Of a stretch of 64,000 nucleotides of DNA, positions 31,861 to 43,820 are shown piece after piece. The DNA lies in the NCBI RefSeq assembly GCF_036365525.1, contig NC_090395.1:36864155-36928154 (forward strand). Reading direction: 5' to 3'. Position numbers and translations under genes: made by a program. This stretch comes from Heterodontus francisci. Taxonomy: Eukaryota. The notes under the pieces were generated by a model that saw only the letters and a program-made list of their open reading frames with translations, made no database searches and had not been told where the DNA came from. The stretch's first letter is position 1. Each line of letters starts with the position of its first letter.

Positions 31861-34479
31861 CTGACTCCAGCCCTTCCTGCTCAGCCTCCCTTGTTCAGCA
31901 CCCCTTCCAGTGCCCTCTTTGTGTGCAACCTGAAGACTGCTCAGTTCCCTTTCAATATGGCACCTGCCGGAACTTCCTCCCACCTATGCGGCCACATTGA
32001 GCCCCAATGTTGGGACTTCGTCGGTTTAGCTAAAATTCAACTTGATGTCTCTGAAAGTATTTTTAATTTCTTTAACCCAACAATAATATACTTTGTGCTC
32101 AATATGCAAAAGTAATCATTTAGACCAAGTTGGTATTGAGAATCATTTTGCACAATATTTTAAGTGTTCAGGGTAATAAGACCTTTACATAAATTAGCAG
32201 AACGAAGTATTAAAAAAGACGATGAAGTAGATCTAAAATAATGTAACCGTGTTCAATTTGCATTTAAGAAAATGGAAGTCACGTCATTGCAAGACATTCT
32301 ATGGCTTTGAATAATAAAATGTTGACAAGATATTAGTTTCACTAGAGTGGATTAAATTCTAAGTAAACAGAATGAATGTTGTCCCTTTGCAGGAACTGTG
32401 GACAGTGTAATCATATTTATACTGTGACAGAAGCACCTATTGTTTCACCCTGGCAGTTGCTGTAAACTAAACATGCTTATGAGATAAAAATGTAATAATT
32501 GCTGTCAGTGCTTGTATAATTGGATATGTATTATTGATTTGTGGAAGTAATTACATTATAATTTTCTCTTTTGTGCTGTTACAAATAGTTACTGTGTAGA
32601 AAGTGAAAACGACAGTCTTGTTCCATTTAGCACTGTGTCGCAGTCTTATGAATCCTTCAGTGGCTGAAATCGTACCTGACTAGGTCAAATGTGAAGCTCA
32701 ATCCTACTTCAGCATTTTATAAGCTTCTTGAACTCGGTCCAGTAGCTAAATTTACACAACAGTTCAAATTGTATTCCTTTGCTCAAAATCTTTCATAAGC
32801 TTGAGTGTACAGAGATCACCTGCCTCCAGTGTGAAATTGACCTGAAACTGACAGGTCAGTTGTTGACCTGGGAAATTCAGCAGAAGAAACTAAACACTGT
32901 TTCAAATCAACATTGAAAAGGCATTAGAATAATACTGCAATTAATTGCACCATGCTTGAGTTGCATAAACATTTTGACAATCATTGTTTTAAATTGTTAA
33001 ATATAGTAAATTAGGATGAAATTATTCATACATGGCCACATATTAAAACATGCTTCTTAAGCAGTCTTGAAATTTTGAATTGTTTTCCTTTTTACCTGAA
33101 ATGAAAGTGTTCTGAAACATGGGAAACATTACACAGCATAAGGCCAGTCTGCCAACCTGAGTCTGAGTCACATATGTTTTCAAATTGATTCATTAGTAGT
33201 TTTGTGGAACCAGACAGGATGTTGCATCCAGCCTGCAATGTTTTATGTACTAGGTCCAACATACTGCTGCACCTAATAGACCAAGTGAGAAGTGAAGTCT
33301 AAGCTGGTTTGGTGCAAAATAAGCTGTAGCTTTACATGCACAAATGTTCATTTTAAAGCTGCAATTATACTGAAGCAGCACGAGACCAACTTCTACAGGT
33401 GGTCTTTCACCTTGTGTTAAACATGATTTGAGTGATTATACGCATGGATTACATTACATGGTTAGATTTAGTTAATTTCTGTGACCTTCTGAATAAGGTA
33501 AATTAATGTAAATAGCCTAGAAGTTTATTATTCACCATGATGTGACCTTCTATACAATTTCAGGCGGTTACCTACTGTTACCATTGAGAATATATATTTG
33601 GCCCACAGAATATGCATTTAGGCATCTGAGCTTAATGGAGTTGTGCAACACTAAGCTTCCTTTCTAACATTTCTAAGCCCTTTCTCAGATTTTTTGCGTG
33701 ATATGTATGGACATCATTTATTGCTAGTGAACATATACAACTTATGGCCCTCCAAGGCTTAAAGCTGAGATTTCAATACAGGCTGAAAGTGTTTATAGTC
33801 TATCTTATGACTTGTTACAATATGCAGTCATGTAAATAGACTCTGCAATGCCTTTGCCAAATCACATGTGCTACCTAAATTTTGAAGCACTAAGTGCTTC
33901 AGTTAAGTGTTTTTGGTTTGATTGCTTAATAACCAAATATGCCATTACGTTATTAGTGAATTTGAATCTTGCTTTTCCAACTGGAAGAGGGTGTGAGAGG
34001 TTCTTGCAAGACAGAGAAAGAAAATGGGCATAAAAAGGAAATTGTGAAAATGCAAAGGACACCATCCTGATGGGTCAGAAATAAAATATCTGGCTTTGAA
34101 TCCAACTGAATAGTGAGTTCCCTGATTCAGTGTCAGCCTGTGCTGAGTTAGTTGACCTCCGCCACACTGTGGTAGAGATGCCATAGTTGGCTGCAGCATC
34201 TGTCAGAAGAATGAAATTTGTCCAGGTTGCTTTCTCCTGACCGTTATCCACCAAACTATTATAAGTGTGTGGACAGGAGGTGAAGGTAGAATTGTGTTCG
34301 GCTGTGATGTCCTCCACTGTTAGTCTGGCAGTCACTGTCAAAATCACAAGTAATGGACACTTTTTTCGGTACCGGAGGACAACTGACACTTGTGAACCTG
34401 TACTACAGTGGGGAAGAGAACAGGCAAAAATGCACAGCTGTAGACTGGGTAGAAAATGTGTGCTAACAGTGGGGAATAT

Positions 34480-35760
34480 ATGAACATATGAAATAGGAGC
34501 AGGAATAGGCCATTCGGTCCCTCAAGCCTGCCCCGTCATTCAATAAGATCATGGCTGATCTGCCCCAGATCTCAACTCTTCTTTCGTGCCAACTCCTCAT
34601 AGCCCTCAACTGCCCGATATTTCAAAAATCTATCTGCCTCCTCTTTAAATACTTTCAGTAATCTAACCTCCACAACTTTCTGGCGTAGAGAATTCCAGAC
34701 ATTCACTACCCTTTGAGAGAACAAATTCCTTCGCTTCTCAGTTTTAAATGAGTGTCCCCTCATTCTGTAACTATGTCCCCTAGTTCGAGATTCCCCACTA
34801 GTGGAAACATCTTCTCAACATCTACCCTGTCAAGCCCCCTCAGAATGTTGTACATTTCAATAAGATCACCCCTCATTCTTCTAAACTCTAATGAATAAAG
34901 GCCTAACCTGTTTAGCCGTTCTTGATAAGTCAACCCCTTCATCCCAGGAATCAGCCTAGTGAATCTCTTTTTGAACTGCCTCCAATGCCAGTATATCCTT
35001 TCTTAAATACGGGGACCAAAACCATACACAGTACTCCAGGTGTGGCCTCACCAACACCCTGTACAGTTGTAACAAGACTTCCCTATTTTTAAACTCCAAC
35101 CCCCTAGCAATAAAGGCCCAAATTCCATTTGCCTCCTTAATTACTTGCCTGCGTGCTAACTTTTTGTGTTTCATGCACAAGAACACCCAGATCCCTCTGT
35201 GCTGCACTTTTTTGAAGTCTCTCTCCATTTAAATAATAGTCTTCCTTGTGATTCATCCTACCAAAGTTCATGACCTTACACTTTCCTAGATTAAACATCC
35301 ATCTGCCAAGTTTTTGCTCACTCACTCAACCTATCTAGGTCCCCTTGCAGATTCCTTATGTCCTCATCACAACATGCTTTCCCATCTATTTTTGTATCGT
35401 CAGCAAATTTGGGTACGTTACATTCTGCCCCCTCCTCCAAGTCATTAATATAGATAGTAAATAATTGAGGCCCTAGGACTGATCCTTGTGGCACTCCACT
35501 AGTTACGCTTTTCCAACCTGAAAAAGACCAATTAGTCCCGACTCAGTCTTCTGTGAGTTAACCAATCCTCAATCCATGCTAATACATTACCCCCAATACC
35601 GTAAACTCCTATCTTGTGCAGTAATTTTTTATGTGGCACCTTATCGACTGCCTTCTGGGAATCCAAATATGCTGCATCTACCGGTTCCCCTTTATCAACT
35701 CTGCTTGTTATATCCTCAAAGAACTTTAGCAAATTTGTCAAACATGATTTCTCTTTCACA
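34480..35760 (-). mobile_element. CR1 LINE 3' fragment
   Basis: 'SCLTNLLKFFED', 'LVRPHLEYC' and 'RRMRGDLIE', plus 3' UTR and tail. Confidence 0.9.
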
Positions 35761-35829
35761 AAAACAGTTTTATCTGCTAGCTATTGACAATTGAGAATGT
35801 GCAGATGTGCATTAGTAAACTTAAGAATG

Positions 35830-36075
35830 TGTGGGATTGAGGAGGAAAGACCACCTGGTTCATTAAGCCTGCCTCTTGCCATGATGGCCAGAGGATCATG
35901 ACCAAACCCACTCTACCTCACCATTCCACCCTTCCCCCCAAAAAAAACCATGTAATAATCTGAGTGCCAAAAAAAGGGAAAAGAGAACAGAGCCAATGAG
36001 GGGGAAATATTCTTGGAAAATTTCACTTACACCCCCTTAGGCGATCAAAACCAGTCCAGATCATCACACAGATTA
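35830..36075. repeat. Old short interspersed repeat (second copy ~48570-48745)
   Basis: Shared blocks AGGAAAGA..CTGGT, CCATGATGGC and ACCCCC...GATCA between the two loci. Confidence 0.45.
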
Positions 36076-36079
36076 AGTG

Positions 36080-37230
36080 CTACCTGTAAAGACGGCTGTT
36101 TATTTGCAACACAAGTGGGTTGGACTAGATTTTTGATTGGTACCTTGGAGGACAAGCCACCCACCAGTTTGTCTGGAAGGTATAATTTGATCCTGCTCTG
36201 ATGAAGGGTCACTGACTGAAACTTTAACTCTGCTTCTCTCTCCCCAGATGCTGCCAGACTTGAGTATTTCCAGCATTTCTTGTGTTTATTTCAGATTTCC
36301 TATACCTGCAGTATTTTGCTTTTATTTATATAATTTGATCCTGCCTGCTGTAGAGTGTTGTCTGAAATGTGTTAATTTGATCCGGTCATTGTTAGACAGG
36401 CAAGCACGCTTCAAAACTCATTAATGCTGCTGTGTACAGCTTGGCTGAGGAAGGTGCGAAGGCTAAGGAGAACATTGAGATTGCTGATCTGGTAAAATGT
36501 ATAAAATGGAGCTGCAGTTAGCTTTGTGCAGGCCTTACCTAGTATTTTGCAATTATAATTCTATTTATCCTTGGCTGGTAAAATAAAAGATTCTATACTC
36601 TAATTAGTGGATCAGTTACTTCTTTGGAATTTTATTTTTTGTTTTCTTTTTGGAAGTGATGGTTCTTTATTTCAGAATGAAGAGACCAAGGCCAAAACTA
36701 CTACTTTAAGGTAGAAATGTTAATTAAAATCTAACAAGCTGGGGCGGCATGGACGCAGCCACAGCGGCGAATGGCCCTATCAGTCCGTGAAATGCGGGAA
36801 GGGCTTCCATCGCCCGTCACTGCAACCTGACCGGCCGCCAGCACATTCACACAAGCGAGAAGCCCTTCCTTCCATTACCTGGCCTGCAGGAAGGGTTTTA
36901 TTCCCTCTACGAGCCTCGGCGAGTCCACACGGGGGAGAAACCCTTCCGCTGCGAAGAGTGCAGCAAACACTTCCTACACTCCAACCGCTTGGTGATCCAC
37001 CAATAGCGCAGGCAACCACCCTGGACAGGCCCCACTTCTGGTTTCGTCTTCAGTCGACTTTATGGAGTCTAGGCGCATGCGTGGCTGATCGAGTGCGCAT
37101 GTGCAGTCCCAACAGTCTCGGTATACGGGAAGCCCAGATAACTGCAAGCAATCACTATGTAAAGGCACTTACCTTCTATATGAAGGCATGCAGACAGCCA
37201 CCACATCAGCCAGCAATGTATTCCAATTCT
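36080..37230 (+). repeat. Copy B of the zinc-finger-carrying cassette (inverted homologue of ~10530-11980)
   Basis: Co-linear non-coding blocks (TTGTCTGGAAGG, GGTCATTGT.AGACAGGCAAGCA, GGCTGGTAAAATAAAAGA...TATACTCTAATTAGTGG) followed by 'KCGKGF...HTGEKPFRCEECSKHFLHSNRLVIHQ'. Confidence 0.8.
36197..36328 (+). mobile_element. Penelope pseudo-LTR/retrozyme-like insertion with hammerhead core
   Basis: Begins TCTGATGAAGGGTCACTGACTGAAAC; perfect 16-bp TSD TATAATTTGATCCTGC at 36181-36196 and 36329-36344; absent from cassette copy A. Confidence 0.85.
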
Positions 37231-37260
37231 GGAAAAAGAAAAACTGTCTATTTCCAGTCC

Positions 37261-37297
37261 AGTTCTGATGAAATGTCACAGACCTGAAACGTTAACT
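37261..37297 (+). ncRNA. Minimal type I hammerhead ribozyme motif in a Penelope pseudo-LTR (repeat continues to ~37360)
   Basis: AGTT-CTGATGA-A-ATGTC-ACA-GACCT-GAAAC-GTT-AACT: stem I AGTT/AACT, stem II GTC/GAC core, palindromic AACGTT stem III. Confidence 0.7.
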
Positions 37298-37384
37298 TTG
37301 CTTCTCTCTCCACAGATGCTGCCAGACCTGCTGAGTATTTCCTGAACTTTTTGTTTTTGTGTCTATTTCTATTCTTACATAGTT

Positions 37385-37720
37385 TATATTTATTTATTTA
37401 GAGATACAGCACTGAAACAGGCCCTTCGGCCCACCGAGTCTGTGCTGACTATCAACCACCCATTTATACCAATCCTACATCAATCCCATTTTCCTACCAC
37501 ATCCCCACAATTCCCCTACCACCTACCTATACTAGGGGCAATTTATAATGGCCAATTTACCTATTAATCTGCAAGTCTTTGGCTGTGGGAGGAAACCGGA
37601 GCACCTGGCGAAAACCCACGTGGTCACAGGGAGAACTTGCAAACTCCGCACAGGCAGTACCCAGAATTGAATCCGGGTCGCTGGAACTGTGAGGCTGCAG
37701 TGCTAACCACTGCGCCACCC
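37385..37720 (-). mobile_element. HE1-type SINE
   Basis: Reverse complement of 11220-11562 with a (TAAA)n tail. Confidence 0.9.
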
Positions 37721-37819
37721 TGTGTCCCCTGGTCCTCCCAATCTGTTAAACTGGAATAATCAATAGGCATGCTATCCAGCCCTTTATTTTATTGACCTTT
37801 AACAGGTCATCTCTTGGTC

Positions 37820-37951
37820 AACAAAAGTAAAATACTGTAGACGCTGGAAATACTCAGCTGGTCAGAAACATCTGTGATGAGAAAAAGAGTTAACATTTAG
37901 GTCAATAACCTTTCAACAGAACCTAAGGTCATTGACCTGAAATGTTAACTC
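37820..37951. mobile_element. Inverted Penelope pseudo-LTR pair; the plus-strand arm resumes at 45265-45332
   Basis: GAGTTAACATTTAGGTCAATAACCTT...AAGGTCATTGACCTGAAATGTTAACTC, then TGTTTCTCTTTCCAAAGATGCTG at 45265. Confidence 0.75.
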
Positions 37952-38139
37952 GAGCCTGGATTTTGCAGTCAGCAGTGAAGTGGCGGCACCGCTAACCACA
38001 CTGAAAAATTCACACTCAGTTCAGTGGCTGCAGCATGGCATGTTGACAGGAGGAACAGAAAGTCCCTTCAGCGAAGTGCATTCTGGGTGTCACCATGAGC
38101 CGAAAACACATCCATTAATCAGAGGCATGAGAACACCAT

Positions 38140-38385
38140 CACTTGCAAGTTCCCATCCAAGCCACGCACCATCCTGACTAGGAACTATATTAACGTTCCT
38201 TCACTGTCGCTGGGTCAAAATCCCGGAACTCCCTTCCTACAGCACTGTGGGTGCACCTACACCTCACCGACTGTAGTGATTCAAATACGCAGCTCACCAT
38301 CACCTTCTCAAGGGCAATTAGGGATAGGCAACAAATGCTGGCTTTGCCAGCGACGGTGACATTCCATGAAAGAATTTAAAAAAAA
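38140..38385 (+). mobile_element. CR1/L2-group LINE 3' end
   Basis: Same family as 8851-9157; poly(A) tail. Confidence 0.8.
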
Positions 38386-38615
38386 TTAAGGTCAGTCTTC
38401 AGCTGAAAGGCAAGTGAGTGTTTTATAATTTTAAAAACTTTTAAATGTTTTAAAAAATAAGTTTAAAAACATTTAAAAACTTTGACATAATTTAATAAAC
38501 CTTTGAAAACTTCAAAATAACTGGGAAAATCCATTGGACATCCTTTAAAAAGACGATCTAAGCAAAACTGACCAGTTTTTGAAAAGCACTTATTTACTTG
38601 CTCACAGAAAAGAAG

Positions 38616-38858
38616 ATGGCAGCACAAGAGGCGCTGAGGAACAAGTGTCATAACTTTAGTGAATGAGACATCAGCCCACTTCTCAATGAAGTGGAGGCAA
38701 AGTGCCACAGGCTCATTGGTAACAAGTGTAGGGTGCCCAGTAAAGTTAGCATCTTGGTGTGGAAGGAGGTTGCAGAGTCTGTGACTGCTAACAGCACTAT
38801 TTCGCGGACTGCAAAGCAATGTCGCAAGAAATTGAATGATGTAATGCATTTTTCCAGG
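38616..38858 (+). pseudogene. Myb/SANT-like exon of the Harbinger element
   Basis: 'MAAQEA...NFSE...LLNEVEAK...WKEVAESVTANSTISRTAKQCRKKLNDV'. Confidence 0.75.
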
Positions 38859-40199
38859 GTTCGTAGAGTTGTTGGAAATTTTCTCATTTAAGATTTAAAA
38901 GTTTTTGAAGCGAAGATCTTGTCTGCGTGCCACAGAGTGGAAGTGTGAAATTGTCTCCAAACCACCAAACAAGTCTTACCTAAACCAACAAGGAAGCCCA
39001 AAGTTATATTATTATGCATGTCTGTTTAGTGTAAGATGCCGAGGGGCATTTATTGACCAGGAGGTGATATAGCCTTAATGAGTGTGAAGGAGGGCCAGGC
39101 AGTGCTGTGTTAATTGACTATTTGTGTTCTTCTTGAGTCTGTCGTCGTATTTACACATTAGCCTGTAGTCATTCTAAAGATTTCAAAATAATTTTATTAA
39201 CCAGAACCATTTTAATGTTACAACAGTTTACAAAGTAGAAAAATAGCTAATTAGCACAAATGATATTAAAAGTCTTGCATTAAGCACCTGAAATTTACAT
39301 TGTTCAACAATAACTACCTCAAAAGATTTGCAATAAGTCTTTGCTGCTAAAATAAAATGTCACGTTTCACTTTCTATCTATGCTGTTCTTCTGTCTGATT
39401 TCCTGGGGGAGGGAGAGGAATTTTGTCACTCTCAATGTACAAATGCATCAGCCACCAGCTGCTCTCTAGCCGTGCTGGTAGCTGGGGCTTCCTCAGGTGG
39501 TCCCATGAGGCATGGCTCCAGCGACATCCATGTTGGGATCCTCCATTTCTGGCACAATCTTATCTGCAGAATGGAGGGTCAGTCCTTCCTGCAGGGCAAA
39601 ATTGTGCTATAGTGCTTTCTGATCAACCTATGCGCATGGTGCCTCACTCTTTGTTGATCCCTGTATTGGGCTGTCACATAACAGAAATGTTCCGACCCCA
39701 AGAAAGGAGGAAGAGAGAAAGGAAGTCTTAACAATGCACTTCGAAAAGCATAGTATAATTAGAACAAGTCAACATGGTTTGACGAAAGGGAAATCCTGTT
39801 TGCCAAATTTATTAGAGCTTTTTGAGGATGAAACTAGTAGGATGCATGAAGGGGGACCAGTTGATGTAGTATACCTGGATTTCCAAAAAAGCATTCAATA
39901 AGGTGCCATACAAAAGGTTAATAGGCAAGAAGGGCCTGTTTCAGTGCTGTATCTCTAAATAAATAAATAATGGCTCATGGAGTTGGGGGTATTTTTTAGA
40001 ATGGATAGAGGATTGATTAATGGACAAGAAGCAAAGAGTGGGGAAAAAATAGGTCATTTTCAAGTTGGAAGCCAGTGACTAGTGGAGTGCCGCACGGATC
40101 AGTGCTGGGGCCTCAGCTATTTACAATCTATATTAATGACTTAGATGAAGAGACAGAATCATGTACCTAAGTTTTCTGATGATACAAAGGTAAGCTGTG

Positions 40200-40500
40200 G
40201 GGAGGCCTCACAGCTCCAGGGACCCGGGTTCAATTCTGGGTACTGCCTGTGCGGAGTTTGCAAGTTCTCCCTGTGACTGCGTGGGTTTTCACCGGGTGGT
40301 CCGGTTTCCTCCCACAGCCAAAGACTTGCAGGTTGATAGGTAAATTGGTCATTGTAAATTGCCCATAGTGTAGGTAGGTGGTAGGGAATATGGGATTACT
40401 GTAGGGTTAGTATAAATGGATGGTTGTTGGTCGGCACAGACTCGGTGGGCCGAAGGGCCTGTTTCAGTGCTGTATCTCTAAATAAAAAAATAAAATAAAT
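40200..40500 (+). mobile_element. HE1-type SINE, 5'-truncated
   Basis: B box, V-domain, CR1-like 3' end and an A-rich tail. Confidence 0.88.
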
Positions 40501-40619
40501 AGACAGGTTTAGTGAGTGGGCAACAAGATGGCAGATGGAGAACAATGTAGGGAAGTGTGAAGTTATTCACTTTGTTCATATGAATAGAAAAGCAGAATTT
40601 TTTTTGAAAGGTGTGAACT

Positions 40620-41898
40620 TATTAGCGAGAGGCAGCATGGTTTTGTGAAGGGGAGGTCGTATCACACTAACTTGATTGAGTTTTTTTTGAGGAAGTGACA
40701 AAGATGATTGATGAAGGAAGGGCAGTGGATGTTGTCTATATGGACTTCAGTAAAGCCTTTGACAAAGTCCCTCATGGCAGACTGGTACAAAAGGTGAAAT
40801 CACACGGGATCAGAGGTGAGCTGGCAAGATGGATACAGAACTGGCTCGGTCATAGAAGACAGAGGGTAGCAGTGGAAGGGTGCTTTTCTGAATGGAGGGC
40901 TGTGACTAGTGGTGTTCCGCAGGGATCAGTGCTGGGATCTTTGCTGTTTGTAGTATATATAAATGATTTGGAGGAAAATGTAGCTGGGCTGATTAGTAAG
41001 TTTGCGGACGACACAAAGGTTGGTGGAGTTGCGGATAGTGATGAGGATTTTCAGAGGATACAGCAGGATATAGATCGGTTGGAGACTTGGGCGGAGAAAT
41101 GGCAGATGGAGTTTAATCCGGACAAATGTGAGGTAATGCATTTTGGAAGGTCTAATGCAGGTGGGAAGTATACAGTAAATGGCAGAACTCTTAGGAGTAT
41201 TGACAGGCAGAGAGATCTGGGCGTACAGGTCCACAGGTCACTGAAAGTGGCAACGCAGGGGGATAAGGTAGTCAAGAAGGCATTCGGCATGCTTGCCTTC
41301 ATCGGTCAGGGCATAGAGTATAAAAATTGGCAAGTCATGCTGCAGCTGTACAGAACTTTAGTTAGGCCACACTCAGAATATTGCGTGCAATTCTGGTTGC
41401 CACATTACCAGAAGGACGTGGAGGCTTTGGAGAGGGTACAGAAGAGGTTTACTAGGATGTTGCCTGGTCTGGAGGGCATTAGCTATGAGGAGAGGTTGGA
41501 TAAACTCGGATTGTTTTCACTGGAACGACGGAGGTGGAGGGGCGACATGATAGAGGTTTACAAAGTTATGAGCGGCATGGACAGAGTGGATAGTCAAAGC
41601 TTTTCCCAGGGTGGAAGAGTCAGTTACTAGGGGACATATGTTTAAGGTGCGAGGGGCAAAGTTTAGAGGGGATGTGCGAGGCAAGTTCTTTACACAGAGG
41701 GTGATGAGTGCCTGGAACTTGCTGCCGGGGGAGGTGGTGGAAGCAGGTACAATTGCGACGTTTAAGAGGCATCTTGACAAATACATGAATAGGATGGGAA
41801 TAGAGGGATACGGTCCCCGGAAGTGCCGAAGGTTTTAGTTTAGGCAGGCTTGGAGGGCCGAATGGCCTGTTCCTGTGCTGTACTGTTCTTTGTTCTTT
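40620..41898 (+). mobile_element. Young CR1 3' fragment
   Basis: Open RT frame at 40695-41630 and a (TGTTCTT)n tail. Confidence 0.92.
40695..41630 (+). CDS. CR1 reverse transcriptase domain (5'-truncated TE ORF)
   Basis: 'YMDFSKAFDKVPH', 'GVPQGSVLG', 'KFADDTK' and 'RPHSEYCVQFW'; frameshift near the 3' end. Confidence 0.8.
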   Translation: MTKMIDEGRAVDVVYMDFSKAFDKVPHGRLVQKVKSHGIRGELARWIQNWLGHRRQRVAVEGCFSEWRAVTSGVPQGSVLGSLLFVVYINDLEENVAGLISKFADDTKVGGVADSDEDFQRIQQDIDRLETWAEKWQMEFNPDKCEVMHFGRSNAGGKYTVNGRTLRSIDRQRDLGVQVHRSLKVATQGDKVVKKAFGMLAFIGQGIEYKNWQVMLQLYRTLVRPHSEYCVQFWLPHYQKDVEALERVQKRFTRMLPGLEGISYEERLDKLGLFSLERRRWRGDMIEVYKVMSGMDRVDSQSFSQGGRVSY

Positions 41899-42624
41899 TT
41901 AAATGTTGATGTTCAGAGAGGTGTGCTCGTACCAGGAATGCTGAAAGTTAGCAAACAGGTACAACAAGCAATTAGGAAGGCAAATGGCATGTTGTGCTTT
42001 CTAGCAAGGGGATTAGAGTACAGGAATAGGAAGTTTGCTATAATTGCACAGGGTTTTGGTGAGACCACACCTGGAGTACTGTGCAGTTTTGGTCTCCATA
42101 TTTAGGGAAGGATATACTTGCATTTGAAGCGGTACAGTGAAGGTTCACTAGATTGGTCCCTGGATTGAGAGGGTTGTCCTATGATGAGAGGCTGAGTGAA
42201 TTGGGCCTATATTCCCTGGTGTTTAGAAGATTGAGAGGCGATCTCATTGAAACATACAAGATTATAAAGGGGCTTGATAGAGTAGCCGCTGAGAAACTGT
42301 TTCCGCTGGTCGAGGAATCCAGAACAAGAGGGCACAGTCTCAGGACAAGGGGCTGATCATTTAGGACTGAGATGAGGAGAAATTACTTCACTCAAAGGAT
42401 TGTGAATCTTTGGAATTCTGCACCCCAGAGGGTTGTGGATGCTCCATAGTTGAATACATTGAAGGCTGGGATGGACAGATTTTTGGTCTTGCAGAATCGA
42501 GAGATATAGCAAGCAGGAGGGAAAGTGGAATTGAAGTCCAAGATCAGTCATGTTCATATTGAATAGTGGAGCAGGCTTGATGGGACTTATGGCCCACTGC
42601 TGCTCCTATTTCTTCTGATCTTAG

Positions 42625-43555
42625 TGGAGACCGTTAACTTTAAAGCAAGAGATATGAACTCCCCAGACCAATTAAAGAATTATGCAACAAGATTTCACAT
42701 TTAAGACTTTTACTAAAACTTAATTAAAATCAACATTAACTGAACAGTACTTAGGTAGTGATTACATTAAATTACAGAGAAAGGTATTTCCCATTAACTT
42801 ATTAACACACTTGAAAACCCCACACCACGTTTATATGTTACGCAATATTCTCAGCAAAACGATAGTCTTGCAGTTAAAAGTCCCAAACTCCTCCCAGTTG
42901 CACTGGGTTGGATCTTCGTGTCCTTTAAAGCCAATGACTTCTTCGCTCACTTCTTCTGAGCACACGCAACTGGTCTTTTGTTAATAAGACAATCTCCGGT
43001 GACCCTGTTGGTTTTTTCTCCTCCACAAACCACAAGCCTTCAAACCAGGTTCAAATCTTAGCAGTCTTTAGCTGTATCAAGTGTTCTGAGAGCAGTTGTT
43101 TTCTCTCTGTCTCTCTCCCGAGGCTGTGCAGCTCCTGTTGGTTTCTTCATGCCTTATTTTCTTCCTTACAGCCTACAGACTTAGGAAAGCCTGTTGGATT
43201 TATCCAGAATACAAAGTCAATAGTCATTTTCCTTTTACAATATTCAGAGTCCATATGTCTGGCTATATGAAAACCACCTGGGCCTTCCTTTGTTTCCAGA
43301 TGTTAGTAATTGCAATTCAGATTTGCATTTGAGAGTCCCTGGCTCCCTGTTTACGATTTGAGTGTCTGGGAGAGCGATACGCTTTCAGGTTTTACAAGCT
43401 TGCGCTCTGCTTTCAAAAGGGTCTTTGATCTGGGTTCCTTGTTGTCATAGTAACCAAGACCCCTGGAGTGCTTCTGGCCTGACTTGATATGAGGTTACTG
43501 CATTAAAGATCACAATTTTTAAAATATGATCCTACTAAAAATTGCAGCATTCACA
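42625..43555. mobile_element. Probable solo LTR
   Basis: TG...CA-bounded ~930-bp unit with X-box GTTGTCATAGTAAC at 43441. The TSD is not clean (TTAG/ACAG). Confidence 0.45.
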
Positions 43556-43820
43556 ACAGAAACCATACAAAACTGATGCACAGAGTGGAAAAGGCGTGTT
43601 TCTCCCTCACAGGCTTAACCTTTAAGGTATTGCAGTACCGGTTAGAAAAATAGTCTGTTATTTTGAAGCCATCTGACAATGCCTGTAACCAGGATTTTAA
43701 AACATCAGATTTTTTACACGTCACTTCAATCTTTCTAAAATTTCTTTTACATTGAAACCATCAAGTAAGTCAGATAACTGTTGATTAAATAGTCATATAT
43801 ATTTAAAAAGCTTTTAAAAG

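Larger units (their letters stand above)
26967..32043. mobile_element. Decayed two-gene PIF/Harbinger transposon
   Basis: TIRs GGGTGGAATTTTA / TAAAATTCAACTT with 3-bp flanks AAT/GAT; convergent DDE transposase (+) and Myb/SANT gene (-). Confidence 0.85.
39725..42622 (+). mobile_element. CR1 3' fragment with nested HE1 tail (~39928-39970), HE1 (~40200-40500) and a younger CR1
   Basis: CR1 RT motifs resume across each insertion; 3' UTR at ~42530-42622. Confidence 0.85.
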
